From a virus: a DNA stretch of 64,000 bases. The notes under the pieces were generated by a model, which saw only the letters and a program-made list of their open reading frames with translations, was not told the DNA's origin and made no database searches. The position numbers and the translations under genes are program-made. Below, one piece after another: positions 1 to 8,776 of the stretch (the first letter of the stretch is position 1; each line of letters starts with the position of its first letter). The stretch is taken from the IMG/VR virus record IMGVR_UViG_3300020548_000009, positions 1 to 64,000 of that record; one strand, written 5' to 3'.

Positions 1-19
1 CCCTCCCCCTTTCGGGCTT

Positions 20-94
20 CTAGTCCTCGTCGCACTCTTTGAGTGCTTCTCGGATTGCCTCGGCTACTTGCTGCCAGAACTGTTCTTCGGTCAT
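20..94 (-). CDS. 24-aa micropeptide MTEEQFWQQVAEAIREALKECDED (TExxFW family)
   Basis: Translated by hand; preceded by SD AGGAG, ACACA-ATG, a leader hairpin and a promoter at 141-170. Confidence 0.7.
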   Translation of the reverse strand: MTEEQFWQQVAEAIREALKECDED

Positions 95-198
95 TGTGTT
101 CTCCTATTGTGTTAGGTGGAGCGGTTGCCCCACTAAGAACAGGATACCACACTTGTTAGACAGAAACAACCTCTGCGAGCAGATTTCCGAAGAATCTT

Positions 199-325
199 GT
201 CAGGGGGCTTTCACCCCATGCGAGCCGGCTATCTCACCTTGCGCTCTCTAGGGATTGTTGCCTAGGGGGTGAGCCTTACCTAACTCTCTGGCTCAGGGGG
301 CTCGTCTTGAGCAGCCTGACCCGAT
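199..325 (-). ncRNA. Candidate structured ncRNA (~125 nt, multibranch)
   Basis: Promoter TTGCGA-N17-TACACT at 332-360; no RBS or ORF; closing stem GUCAGG/CCUGAC plus internal helices GCUC/GAGC, GAGCC/GGCUC, CUCACC/GGUGAG, CUAGG/CCUAG, GGGG/CCCC. Confidence 0.55.
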
Positions 326-660
326 AAGACCAGTGTATCACACTTGGCAACGCTTCGCAACTCCTAGCGAAGATTTTTTTAGGGGCTCCTCGGGCATTGC
401 GAGAATGAAACTAAGCCCTTAGTCACGGCTTTGAGAAACGAACGCTCTGGGGGCTCTCGGGCGCGTCTGGTGGGTCATCTGGTCGTGGTCGTCCGTGTGT
501 AATACAAGCGTTTAGACTGCCCTGGTGGCGAGCGTTTAGGAAACCTTGCCCTTAGTCAAGGCTTTTCCCGCGCGCCGCTCTTGGGGCTCTCGGGCGCGGC
601 TAACGCACCCCACGCTGCCCCGTCGGGGTAGTACCAGCGTGGGGTGCTGAGCCGTGTGCG

Positions 661-819
661 CTATTCGGCGTGGCGTATCTGGTCTGCGGCGCAGATTTCG
701 CAGAACGACTGTCCGAACGGCGGGTTGCACTCGTGGTCGATGTGAGTCATCAGCCCTGCATCCATCAGGCTGATTATTCGCTCAACTTCTGCCCAGAACT
801 CGGCTTCAGTGCGTACCAT
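661..819 (-). CDS. 52-aa small protein MVRTEAEFWAEV... with a C-terminal H/C Zn-binding-like motif
   Basis: Translated by hand; SD AAGGAG; promoter at 868-896. Confidence 0.7.
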   Translation of the reverse strand: MVRTEAEFWAEVERIISLMDAGLMTHIDHECNPPFGQSFCEICAADQIRHAE

Positions 820-1109
820 TGTCTTGCTCCTTCATTGTGTTGGTGGGGCTTGTTCCCCACACTCTTAGTGTATCACACTTCTAGCGATTTCGCAACTTCA
901 CCGAGCGCCGCCCGCCGTGTCGTAGTGCGACGCCAGAATGAAACCTTGCCCTTAGTCACGGAAACTTTTCAGCGCCGCTCTGGGGGCTTCCTATTGCGTC
1001 TGGTTGGCTGTTAGACAGCGCTCGCCGATTGCGTATGCTGGCGGATTTCTGCCTCCGCCGCTCTATCGGGGTTGGGCTTGGCGGGGGTTGCCCGCCAAGC
1101 CCTGCCCGA

Positions 1110-1376
1110 TTAGTCCAGTTGGGGCTTGGCGCTGGTGTCGGCGTAACGCTTGCCGAGCGAGCCTTGCGGGGCGAACAGTGGGTGCTGTTGCGTACCCTTA
1201 TCGGGGTCACCATAGGTAACCTTTGTGCCGAGCACGAACAGCGTCACGCCGTTGCGGGTGTAACGCATGGCACCCTTACGGGCGTTGTCACGGAGCCAAG
1301 CCGTTGGATTGGCTGGCGTTGGGTGGAATGTAATCACTTCGGTAACCTTCCTTCGTGGGTACTTCGTTTTCGCCAC
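1110..1376 (-). CDS. Hypothetical early protein (leaderless)
   Basis: ORF directly after promoter 1384-1412; strong hairpin follows the stop. Confidence 0.6.
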   Translation of the reverse strand: MAKTKYPRRKVTEVITFHPTPANPTAWLRDNARKGAMRYTRNGVTLFVLGTKVTYGDPDKGTQQHPLFAPQGSLGKRYADTSAKPQLD

Positions 1377-1585
1377 TAATACAAGGGTACACTATTGTTA
1401 GACACTTTGCAACTTCTGCGACCATTTGTCACACAATTGTCATACTTCACTGAGAGTGGTCGGTAGTCACGGAGAGTGGTCGCCGTCCTTGGGGTAGGAA
1501 ACTTTGCGATTGTGCGCACTTTCACAAGCCCGTGTCCGCGCCCGTGCCCGGGGCGAACACCTGTTCGCTTCTTGCCTCCGGCCTG

Positions 1586-1646
1586 CCCAAAATATGGTGT
1601 TCCTTGATTATTGGATTTATTTTCGTGCGGAGCGTTCCTTCGGGGC
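1586..1646 (+). repeat. Dispersed ~62 bp repeat, copy 1 of 9
   Basis: CCAAAATATGGTGTTCCTTGATTATTGGATTTATT...CGTTCCTTCGGGGC. Confidence 0.9.
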
Positions 1647-1690
1647 AGTTGGGCTCCCGCTCGCGGCGGGTAGCCCCTCTGCCTTTTGGT

Positions 1691-1834
1691 TTAGTCCCAC
1701 TCGCCCAGAGTTCGGAGGATGTCCTCAGTCCACCTTCTGAAGTCGGGATTTAGGTCAAGGTCTAGCGACCAATCGTAAATCTCTACTCGCTCGTGGTCCT
1801 CTCGGGTGATTTTGTTTTGTTCTCTCGGTGTCAT
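1691..1834 (-). CDS. 47-aa hypothetical early protein
   Basis: MTPREQNKITRED...GEWD; SD AAGGAG; promoter at 1855-1883. Confidence 0.65.
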   Translation of the reverse strand: MTPREQNKITREDHERVEIYDWSLDLDLNPDFRRWTEDILRTLGEWD

Positions 1835-1898
1835 TGTTTTCTCCTTCTGTTTTTAGTATAACATGGCTCGGGCTGTTTGTCAACCCGAGCCATGTTTT

Positions 1899-2138
1899 TT
1901 ATTTTTCCGTGATTCCTGCCAGACGGCAACCCTTGCGGATTTTGCCCATTCCTTGCTTGTCGCTCATTGAGCCCCAACCGTTGCTTACTTGCGTAAGTGT
2001 TCCGTTGGCGATTTCTGCCATGAGCGTTGAATAGTGCCAGATTTGGCGGACGCCTTCAACCTCAACGGCTCTCCATGAAGAAGCCTTGACGGTCTTGCCG
2101 TTTCGCAATGGCACTGTTGCTAGTTCCTGTATTTTCAT
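1899..2138 (-). CDS. Hypothetical early protein
   Basis: ORF with SD AAGGAG and promoter at 2178-2206. Confidence 0.75.
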   Translation of the reverse strand: MKIQELATVPLRNGKTVKASSWRAVEVEGVRQIWHYSTLMAEIANGTLTQVSNGWGSMSDKQGMGKIRKGCRLAGITEK

Positions 2139-2276
2139 TGTGTTGTTCTCCTTGTTTTGGTTTTGCCTTACACCTTCAGTATAGGGTACTGTTAGACATT
2201 TGTCAACCTTATCCGACAGAAACTTATTTTTCTTTTTGAGGTTGCTTTTTGTCTGCCGTTGTGTTATACTATTATT

Positions 2277-2404
2277 AGTGGGGGGAGGAGACGACTCGCG
2301 CCCCTCTCCGGTAAGACGCAGCCCGTGCGCCCCTCTTCGCCCTAGGTCGCCCGTGGTGGCCTCTGGCCGCCCCTTCGGGGGAGGGCTCTCACCCTCCCCC
2401 TTTC
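2277..2404 (+). ncRNA. Candidate plus-strand sRNA A
   Basis: Promoter TTGCTT-N17-TATACT (2242-2270); GC-rich, no RBS/ATG; ends at hairpin GGGGGAGGG/CCCTCCCCC followed by TTT. Confidence 0.45.
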
Positions 2405-2408
2405 GGGA

Positions 2409-2651
2409 CTACTTCGCCTCTTGCGTGTTGAGCAAGGTTCCGTATGCGTACACGATGTCGTAGGCGAGGTTGCTACAACGTCGCTGTACGACCCTCAGTG
2501 CGCCCTGAATGAGGATGCTCTTCTCTTCGTCGTGGGGTGTGTCGGCTGCCTCTGCTTCGGCTGCCTCTACTTGGTCAATTAGTCGACGCAGAATAAACTT
2601 GACTTCCTGCGCCCTCTTCTGTGCTATTTCACTCTCGGTCATTGTGTCCAT
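2409..2651 (-). CDS. Hypothetical early protein
   Basis: Start refined to MDTMTESE after SD AAAGGAG. Confidence 0.7.
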   Translation of the reverse strand: MDTMTESEIAQKRAQEVKFILRRLIDQVEAAEAEAADTPHDEEKSILIQGALRVVQRRCSNLAYDIVYAYGTLLNTQEAK

Positions 2652-2783
2652 TGCTTTTCTCCTTTGTGTTGGGTGAGGCGGTTGCCCCACTACTTCTAGT
2701 GTATCACAACTACTTCTCTTCGTCAACCTGAAACGCAAATTATTTTCATTCTTTGCCCCTGCGCACTTTTTGCCCTGGGTGGG

Positions 2784-2918
2784 TCAGTCCCACTCTCGGC
2801 GGTCGGGTGCCGGCTTGCGCTTGTGGTGGATAGTTACCGCACGGGTGCGCAGTCCGTCTGCGAACGCCTGCTTATCCGCGGGGTTCCAGCCCCTCCGCTT
2901 GCTCTTTTGGTTTTTCAT
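2784..2918 (-). CDS. 44-aa basic small protein
   Basis: MKNQKSKRRGWNPADKQAFADGLRTRAVTIHHKRKPAPDRREWD; SD GGAGGTG; promoter at 2937-2965. Confidence 0.65.
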   Translation of the reverse strand: MKNQKSKRRGWNPADKQAFADGLRTRAVTIHHKRKPAPDRREWD

Positions 2919-3042
2919 CTTCACCTCCATAAGACCAGTGTATCACACTTTTAGTGGTTTCGCAACTCGTTCCGCAAGATTTTGCCCCTGCGCGAACTTC
3001 GGGCTGAGAGGGCACTTCTCGTCCCCCTCAGCCCTTGCGCTC

Positions 3043-3240
3043 TTAGGCGTTGGCGTTTTCTTTCTTTGCCTTCACGGTTGGGTTTCCCAACTTGCGAGCG
3101 ACATCTACGATGTCACCAGTCAGGTTCAGGAACACCGTTCCGTTCTCTCCGTCTCGGAGTTCAATGCTCAACATTCCGTTGGTCATTTCTGCCGTGACAT
3201 CGTCCGCGGTGAGGTGGACGAATAGGTGTGTGCTTATCAT
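3043..3240 (-). CDS. Hypothetical early protein
   Basis: Start MISTHLF after AAGGAAGG. Confidence 0.7.
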   Translation of the reverse strand: MISTHLFVHLTADDVTAEMTNGMLSIELRDGENGTVFLNLTGDIVDVARKLGNPTVKAKKENANA

Positions 3241-3416
3241 TTCTGTTTCCTTCCTTGTTGTGTAAGGCGGTTGCCCTACTACTATTAGTGTATCACACTT
3301 GCGAGAGTTTCGCAACTCTTTGCGCCACCTTTTTTAGATTCTGCCCCAGCGGCCTTCGCTGGGCGAGTTTGGGGTGGCAAGGCAAGGAGGTAGAACCCTG
3401 CCACCCTCACTCGTTC

Positions 3417-3704
3417 TTATCGGGCTACGGCGAGCGAAGCCTTGTTCAGGGCATCGCTACTCTCTCGCCATGCGTCGCTATCGGCTGTCTCTCCGTAGAA
3501 CGCTTGACGATAGATACGCTTGCCTTTGTGGTACAACTCAACCATAACGGCGTTTGCCTTTATGCTGTCGTCGTATGTCACTTCGGCTTCGTAGGTGACT
3601 TTGGTAATCTCGTCGTAAGCCCACCCCGTAGGGAATAACTCACTGGATACCTCAATCCACTCGCCCGTTCGTTTTGCGCCTCTCGGCAGTCTGTAATAAC
3701 TCAC
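3417..3704 (-). CDS. Hypothetical early protein
   Basis: ORF with GAGG SD and promoter at 3753-3781. Confidence 0.7.
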   Translation of the reverse strand: MSYYRLPRGAKRTGEWIEVSSELFPTGWAYDEITKVTYEAEVTYDDSIKANAVMVELYHKGKRIYRQAFYGETADSDAWRESSDALNKASLAVAR

Positions 3705-3859
3705 TTCATTACCTCTCTCTCTTGTAGGTACTTCGGTTTCCCTACTAACTACACTATACCAGATTGTTAGACACTTGACAACCTTATCGGGCAGATTCCC
3801 GAAGAATCTTTTTGCCGGCTCAGGTTGACTTTTCGCTCATTGTGTGATACAATGATAAT

Positions 3860-3951
3860 AGACGGGGGAGAGGAGAGCCCGCCGCGGCCTCCGCCCGAAC
3901 GTATGTTCGCCCGCGCGCCCCTCTTCGCCCGGGGGTCGTTCTCTTCCCTCA
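3860..3951 (+). ncRNA. Candidate plus-strand sRNA B
   Basis: Promoter TTGACT-N17-TACAAT (3825-3853); closing stem GGGGGAGAGGA/TTCTCTTCCCTC; shares GCGCCCCTCTTCGCCC with sRNA A. Confidence 0.45.
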
Positions 3952-4010
3952 ATCTACTTTTATTTTACAGTGGGGGTGTAACACGGTTTCCCGCGCTACA
4001 CCCCCATTTT

Positions 4011-4322
4011 TTATTTTGCGAAACTCGCTACTGCTACCGCTATGTCCCAAGCATCAAACTCATCTGCTGTACCGTAGTTTTCAGTAGCGTTTTTACCGAA
4101 GTACGGCAGATTATCTTCTAGGTGTTCACGCAACGCTTCAAGCGTTGAGGGACTATCGATAATCTCTTTCAGAACCTCACCTACTTGGCGGAGTCTGTTT
4201 CCGTTGTTGGTGTTCCGAAACTGATAAGCCTCGAACCAATAGGTTCGGCTTTCTTCTGCTTGTTTTAGTGCTTTGCGTAACTCATCAACATACTCTTGGG
4301 TAATCGGCTGTTCGGTAATCAT
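4011..4322 (-). CDS. Hypothetical early protein
   Basis: Start MITEQP after AAGGAG. Confidence 0.7.
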   Translation of the reverse strand: MITEQPITQEYVDELRKALKQAEESRTYWFEAYQFRNTNNGNRLRQVGEVLKEIIDSPSTLEALREHLEDNLPYFGKNATENYGTADEFDAWDIAVAVASFAK

Positions 4323-4523
4323 TGTTTTTTCTCCTTGTTGTTTTGGTTTTGCCTTACACTCTAAGTATAGCATCTGTTAGACACTTTGTCTACTCAGAAT
4401 AGACATTGTGAAATGTTTCTTTTGCCCGCCGCGGCCTCCGCCCGCGGGCAATTTTCTCCCACACCCTATTTTAGCGTGGGGGTGTTACACAGTTATTTTT
4501 TACTGTGTAACACCCCTTTGCTA

Positions 4524-4802
4524 CTAGGCGTTTGCCGTTGCGAGTTTGTCGTAACGGTGTACGGGCTTTATGTCTTCATTCACTGCTCGCCCGATGCTCT
4601 TAGCATTGAGTAGGTCAGTGAGAGTGCCAAGCATGACATCGTAGTAGACATACTCGCTACCGTTTGTGTACTCAATTACCAATTCACCGTAGGCGAGTTC
4701 GTAATTGTCCGACTCGCCATGTTGGGCGAGGTCAATCTCGCTCACCGTATAAGTGAGTTTCCTCACTGCCGTTGAGTTGAGTTGGGTTACTTCTATTTTC
4801 AT
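4524..4802 (-). CDS. KTSC domain protein
   Basis: S-x-A-V-x-x-L-x-Y...L-V-I-E-Y-x-N-G-S-x-Y-x-Y-Y-D-V...L-L-N-A-x-S-I-G pattern. Confidence 0.75.
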   Translation of the reverse strand: MKIEVTQLNSTAVRKLTYTVSEIDLAQHGESDNYELAYGELVIEYTNGSEYVYYDVMLGTLTDLLNAKSIGRAVNEDIKPVHRYDKLATANA

Positions 4803-4890
4803 TTTGTTTCTCCTTTGTTGTTTTGTTATTGCCTTACACTTCTACTATACCGTTGGTGGGGCAGATTTCCAACCTGCCCCACCAGATTTT

Positions 4891-5073
4891 TTAGCGTCCG
4901 AATTCTTCCTGCCAGAGTTCTTCTGCTTTGTCTAGGATTCTGTCGGCGTAGCGAGTGCTCATGTAGTCGTCGTCAATCCACGGAATGAATCCGTTTCCTG
5001 CGAGGTGCTCTATGGCTCTCTCTACGAATCGCTCTTGCTCTTCTTCGCCTAGTTCACTGAATTCGGTAATCAT
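4891..5073 (-). CDS. Acidic hypothetical early protein
   Basis: ORF with AAAGGAG. Confidence 0.7.
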   Translation of the reverse strand: MITEFSELGEEEQERFVERAIEHLAGNGFIPWIDDDYMSTRYADRILDKAEELWQEEFGR

Positions 5074-5246
5074 TGGTTTCTCCTTTGTGTTGTTTTGCCT
5101 TACACTCTAATTGTACAGCATGGGTGTACCATAATTGCGCATTTACGCCATTTGTCACACAATTGTCATAATCGGCTGTTAGGCTCACCTAACAAGTGAT
5201 AGTGCGAATTTTCACAAGCCTCCGACCGAAGGTCGGCTCCCGGTAG

Positions 5247-5308
5247 CCCAAAATATGGTGTTTCCTGATAATCGGATTTATTTAGTGCTGTGGCGTTTCC
5301 CTTGGGGC
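5247..5308 (+). repeat. Dispersed repeat copy 2
   Basis: CCAAAATATGGTGTTTCCTGATAATCGGATTTATT...GCGTTTCCCTTGGGGC. Confidence 0.9.
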
Positions 5309-5362
5309 TGAGCGAAGGGGGTGAGCGCCCGGCCTGGTCGCCCACCCCACATCATTTTGCTC

Positions 5363-5515
5363 TTAGAGCCACTCAGAGACGTCGCCGTCGGCGATTTCTG
5401 AGTAGTCCAATCCATGAGCGTCGGCTACTGCTTGCCAGAAGTCTTCTTCTGTAAGCGGTGCTTGACCCTCTTGAACGTCTTCTGGGAGATGCTCCCACCA
5501 CGTTGTTTTATTCAT
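5363..5515 (-). CDS. 50-aa acidic protein containing TEEDFWQAV
   Basis: Translated by hand; SD GGAAAGGA. Confidence 0.7.
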   Translation of the reverse strand: MNKTTWWEHLPEDVQEGQAPLTEEDFWQAVADAHGLDYSEIADGDVSEWL

Positions 5516-5539
5516 TGTGTTTCCTTTCCTGTTGGGTAA

Positions 5540-5740
5540 TTACAGTGTATCACACTCTAGGAGTTTTAGCAACTCTTTCTGGGTCATTTCCTGAATCTGT
5601 GCCGCGTCTAGGTCTGCGGGTTTGATGACCTCAATGATTTGGCCCCTGCCTTGCGCGACTTCGCGGGCTGAGTAGAGGCTGAGGTACGGGCCGAGGTAGA
5701 TATCTCCCGCGGCTGTGTTGAGTTTGATGATGTAGTTCAT
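5540..5740 (-). CDS. Hypothetical early protein
   Basis: Start MNYII after AAGGAG. Confidence 0.6.
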   Translation of the reverse strand: MNYIIKLNTAAGDIYLGPYLSLYSAREVAQGRGQIIEVIKPADLDAAQIQEMTQKELLKLLECDTL

Positions 5741-5803
5741 GTTTCTCCTTGGCCTCCGGGCGGCGGCTGGTGGGGCACTTCTCGTCCCCACCAGCCTGAC
5801 CCG

Positions 5804-6268
5804 TTAGGCGTTGATTAGTTCTTTCTGAGCCTTGACCCACTGCTCGTAGTTCCAGGCTTCGGTTGTCACGATTGCCTTGATTACCTTGAGGGGAATCTCG
5901 GCTTGGTTATTGCCGTACTTCACGGCGTTGTTTGCCCACTCAGTGATGCTGTAGGTGCTGTGGTTGGTGCTGAGTCCGACCATCTCATCTACCATCGCTG
6001 GCGTGATGTAGAGGTTGTGGCGTTCGCCATCTTCTCTCCACTCGTACATCATCGGGCTTTGGCTCATCGCCTCAACAGCCTTAGACCGACCGTAGTAGTC
6101 AGCCGCGTTGGCTTCGGTGATGCGCCCGTATCCGACTACGCCACCCCAGAAGATGAACGTCTGAATGTCGCCGCGTACGTTGTCATGACCGTACTCGTCT
6201 TTGACCCAGACTCCCTCGGGGTTCTTGGCGTAAGCCTTTGTATTTCCGATATCCCATGTCAATGGCAT
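5804..6268 (-). CDS. Hypothetical early protein
   Basis: Start MPLTWD after AAAGG. Confidence 0.75.
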   Translation of the reverse strand: MPLTWDIGNTKAYAKNPEGVWVKDEYGHDNVRGDIQTFIFWGGVVGYGRITEANAADYYGRSKAVEAMSQSPMMYEWREDGERHNLYITPAMVDEMVGLSTNHSTYSITEWANNAVKYGNNQAEIPLKVIKAIVTTEAWNYEQWVKAQKELINA

Positions 6269-6384
6269 TGTGTTTACCTTTCCTTTGTTTGTGTGGGGCG
6301 GTTGCCCCACTACTAATATTGTATCACCTATTCTGCTGTCTCACAACCTCGGCGGCAAGGTTTTGCCTCCGGGCGGTGCTCGCC

Positions 6385-6621
6385 CTACCTTTCGGTAGGG
6401 ACGAGACCAGCGGGCTTCAGTGAGTTATTCAGCACGAGGCCGTAGAAGTGGCCTGTGACTGCATCCTTCACGAACGAGTGTCCCATTGTGCCGTTTGGCG
6501 GTGCGCCAAGGCCACCTGAGCACTTCACCACGAGGGTTCCACGCTTTGGCTGGTGTGGGCGGGCATCAAAGATGTCCATCCCGACGGGTTCGTATCGGTA
6601 TTGCCTGATTTTCTTGGTCAT
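6385..6621 (-). CDS. Hypothetical early protein
   Basis: Start MTKK after GGAGG. Confidence 0.7.
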   Translation of the reverse strand: MTKKIRQYRYEPVGMDIFDARPHQPKRGTLVVKCSGGLGAPPNGTMGHSFVKDAVTGHFYGLVLNNSLKPAGLVPTER

Positions 6622-6769
6622 TGTGTTTTCCTCCATGATGTTAGTATAACAGATGTTTTGCGGTATTGCAACCTTCTTTTATTCCTTTATTGCCCCTGCC
6701 GGCTTTGCCGGAGGGAGGTCTTGGGCTGGTGGGGGAAGGAGGTAAGGAACCCCACCAGCCGCACTCGAC

Positions 6770-7036
6770 CTATGCTTTCAGTGTATCACACTTTTCACGC
6801 TCTCGCAACTCTGCCAGCGTGATTTCACCCTTTATCAAGGATGCCCACTCTGATAGGTCTGCGACATTGAGACGCTCCGGCTCGGTGCCGCAAGGGTACT
6901 TGGCGGCTTGGTGCCAAGCCTTTGCGTCACATTCTCCGCAAACGGGCGTGCCGTCAAACGACCACCACGAATGCGTGAGGTAGTTAGCCTCAGCCTCTTC
7001 TTTAGTTCCCTGAAACGGGACTGGAACATTTGCCAT
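6770..7036 (-). CDS. Small Zn-binding-like protein (CxxC...H...C)
   Basis: Start MANVP; CGECD...WHQAAKYPCG. Confidence 0.65.
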   Translation of the reverse strand: MANVPVPFQGTKEEAEANYLTHSWWSFDGTPVCGECDAKAWHQAAKYPCGTEPERLNVADLSEWASLIKGEITLAELREREKCDTLKA

Positions 7037-7112
7037 TTTCTTACCTTTCTTGTGTTGGTGGTGCTTCTGCCCCACATCTACAGAATACCAGATGTGGGGC
7101 AGAATGACAACC

Positions 7113-7490
7113 TTATTTTAGGATTTTTTCTAGTGTCTGTTGGTAGGTCTGCCATTGTGACGGGATACCGTTTTTTCCCATTGCCACAGCCTTGTCAAAG
7201 TCTGTTTCGCCAGAGCCCAGGATTTTTCGGACTGCCAGAATGCGGTCACGGACTGCTTCACGGTCTGCGCTATCACCGTCAAACGGGAATAGCGGGGACG
7301 GGTCAGTCAGATGAGCCATTGCCGCATCACAGATTTCGTCGTATGTGGCAAACGGATACAGCGAGGTTTCTTCACTGCTGAATAGATAGAACTCACAGCA
7401 GTATTCGCTGAACTGTTCGTATCGGTCTATTCTCTCTAATCTCTCTATTGCGCTTCCAGCATACGGGCTGGTACCTTGTGTGGTGGTCAT
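7113..7490 (-). CDS. Hypothetical early protein (leaderless)
   Basis: ATG 6 nt after CATAAT. Confidence 0.7.
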   Translation of the reverse strand: MTTTQGTSPYAGSAIERLERIDRYEQFSEYCCEFYLFSSEETSLYPFATYDEICDAAMAHLTDPSPLFPFDGDSADREAVRDRILAVRKILGSGETDFDKAVAMGKNGIPSQWQTYQQTLEKILK

Positions 7491-7615
7491 ACATACATTA
7501 TGCCGTACTGTTAGACAGATTACAACCTTATTCGTATTACAGAAGTATTACATTTGGCTTGTGCTTGTTCGCACTTTCACAAGCCCGGGGCCGGTGAAAT
7601 TGATTTTTGCCCCTG

Positions 7616-7678
7616 CCCCAAAATATGGTGTTCCTTGATTATTGGATTTATTCTGCTTTGCGCCGTTCCCCTTGGGGC
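7616..7678 (+). repeat. Dispersed repeat copy 3
   Basis: CCAAAATATGGTGTTCCTTGATTATTGGATTTATT...GCCGTTCCCCTTGGGGC. Confidence 0.9.
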
Positions 7679-7720
7679 TGGGCTGGTGGGGGATTGCCCC
7701 ACCAGCCTCGCTGACCATTC

Positions 7721-8131
7721 TTAGAGGTACTTGGCTACTGCGCCGTAGGAAGAAGTACGGACATACTCTTCGTCGGACAGTTCTAGCACTCGGATTGCGT
7801 TCGCAAGTTCCTCTTGCGCTTCTTTATTGATGCGCTCGCTGAAATTGCTTTCCAAAGTGGGAAGTGAAATCTTGTGACTGAAAGTCACGGTGACTTCATT
7901 TACTTCTTCTTGGTTGTAGCGGTAAGGGTAAGCAAACGATACCTCTTTCGGCGTGAGTTTGCCAGACTTCACAAGCGCGGCGACAGACTTCTTGATGTCT
8001 GCGATTGCCTGCTTCTGAGCCTTCTCAGCCTTAGCGTGGTTGTTCGCTTCCTCAACCTTGCGGTTAAGTGCCTCGTTGAGCGCTTTGAGCAACTTGCCCT
8101 TGGCTACCCGTACATTGATTGTCTTACTCAT
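7721..8131 (-). CDS. Hypothetical early protein
   Basis: 136-aa ORF with SD and promoter. Confidence 0.75.
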   Translation of the reverse strand: MSKTINVRVAKGKLLKALNEALNRKVEEANNHAKAEKAQKQAIADIKKSVAALVKSGKLTPKEVSFAYPYRYNQEEVNEVTVTFSHKISLPTLESNFSERINKEAQEELANAIRVLELSDEEYVRTSSYGAVAKYL

Positions 8132-8193
8132 TGTGTTTATTGCCTTTCCTGTTTTGTTGGTAGTGGGGAGGTTTCCCCACTACTATTATTGTA

Positions 8194-8592
8194 TCACAGG
8201 TTGCGCTCTTTGGCAACCCGTGACGCGATTTTCTTTCGCTGGTTGTTGGTACGCCAGCATGACGCTTGGTAGGCGATTTCGCTTACCTCGTCGCAGTAGA
8301 TGCCGACAAACTCGGTCTCGATGACTGCCTGATTGCGCTTTGCGCCGCTGGTGACACGGCGAACGCAACGCACACGGTAGGTGTCGTTGAAGTCCAGCGT
8401 GATTTCCACCATGCGAGCACGCCCGACAGGGAGCCATACGCCGATTGTGTTTTGTTCAGCGTCACGGAGAGAACCCCAACGACCACCGGAGATGGCGAAT
8501 AGGTTCATCATGCCGACTTGACGGATGATTTCCGCTGGGTCGCATTCACGACCTTCACGGTTGAGTATTGGGAGTGTGTATGTGTTTGTCAT
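8194..8592 (-). CDS. Hypothetical early protein (leaderless, start MTNTY)
   Basis: ATG 6 nt after TATAAT. Confidence 0.7.
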   Translation of the reverse strand: MTNTYTLPILNREGRECDPAEIIRQVGMMNLFAISGGRWGSLRDAEQNTIGVWLPVGRARMVEITLDFNDTYRVRCVRRVTSGAKRNQAVIETEFVGIYCDEVSEIAYQASCWRTNNQRKKIASRVAKERNL

Positions 8593-8776
8593 ACTCTCAT
8601 TATACGACCTGTTAGACAAATTAGCAACTCTTTTAGTGAACTTTCTGAGTGGCCGGCTGACCACGGAGAGTGACCTCGGCCCCTGTGGCTTATTTGCATG
8701 GCTTGCAAATAAGCAACTGTTGTGATTTGCCCCTGGGATGGGCGGGCAGGAAAGGATTGCCTGCCCACCCTCCGCG

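Noticed and set aside
32-46. GCACTC-TTT-GAGTGC as a CIRCE/HrcA site
   Set aside because: Spacer is 3 bp rather than 9, and it lies inside a coding micro-ORF
2784-2930. Suspected frameshift in a G-run
   Set aside because: On recounting (4 G) the ORF is continuous
8688-8714. ArgR (ARG) box
   Set aside because: Core TGCA..TGCA spacing is one base shorter than the ARG box; left unassigned
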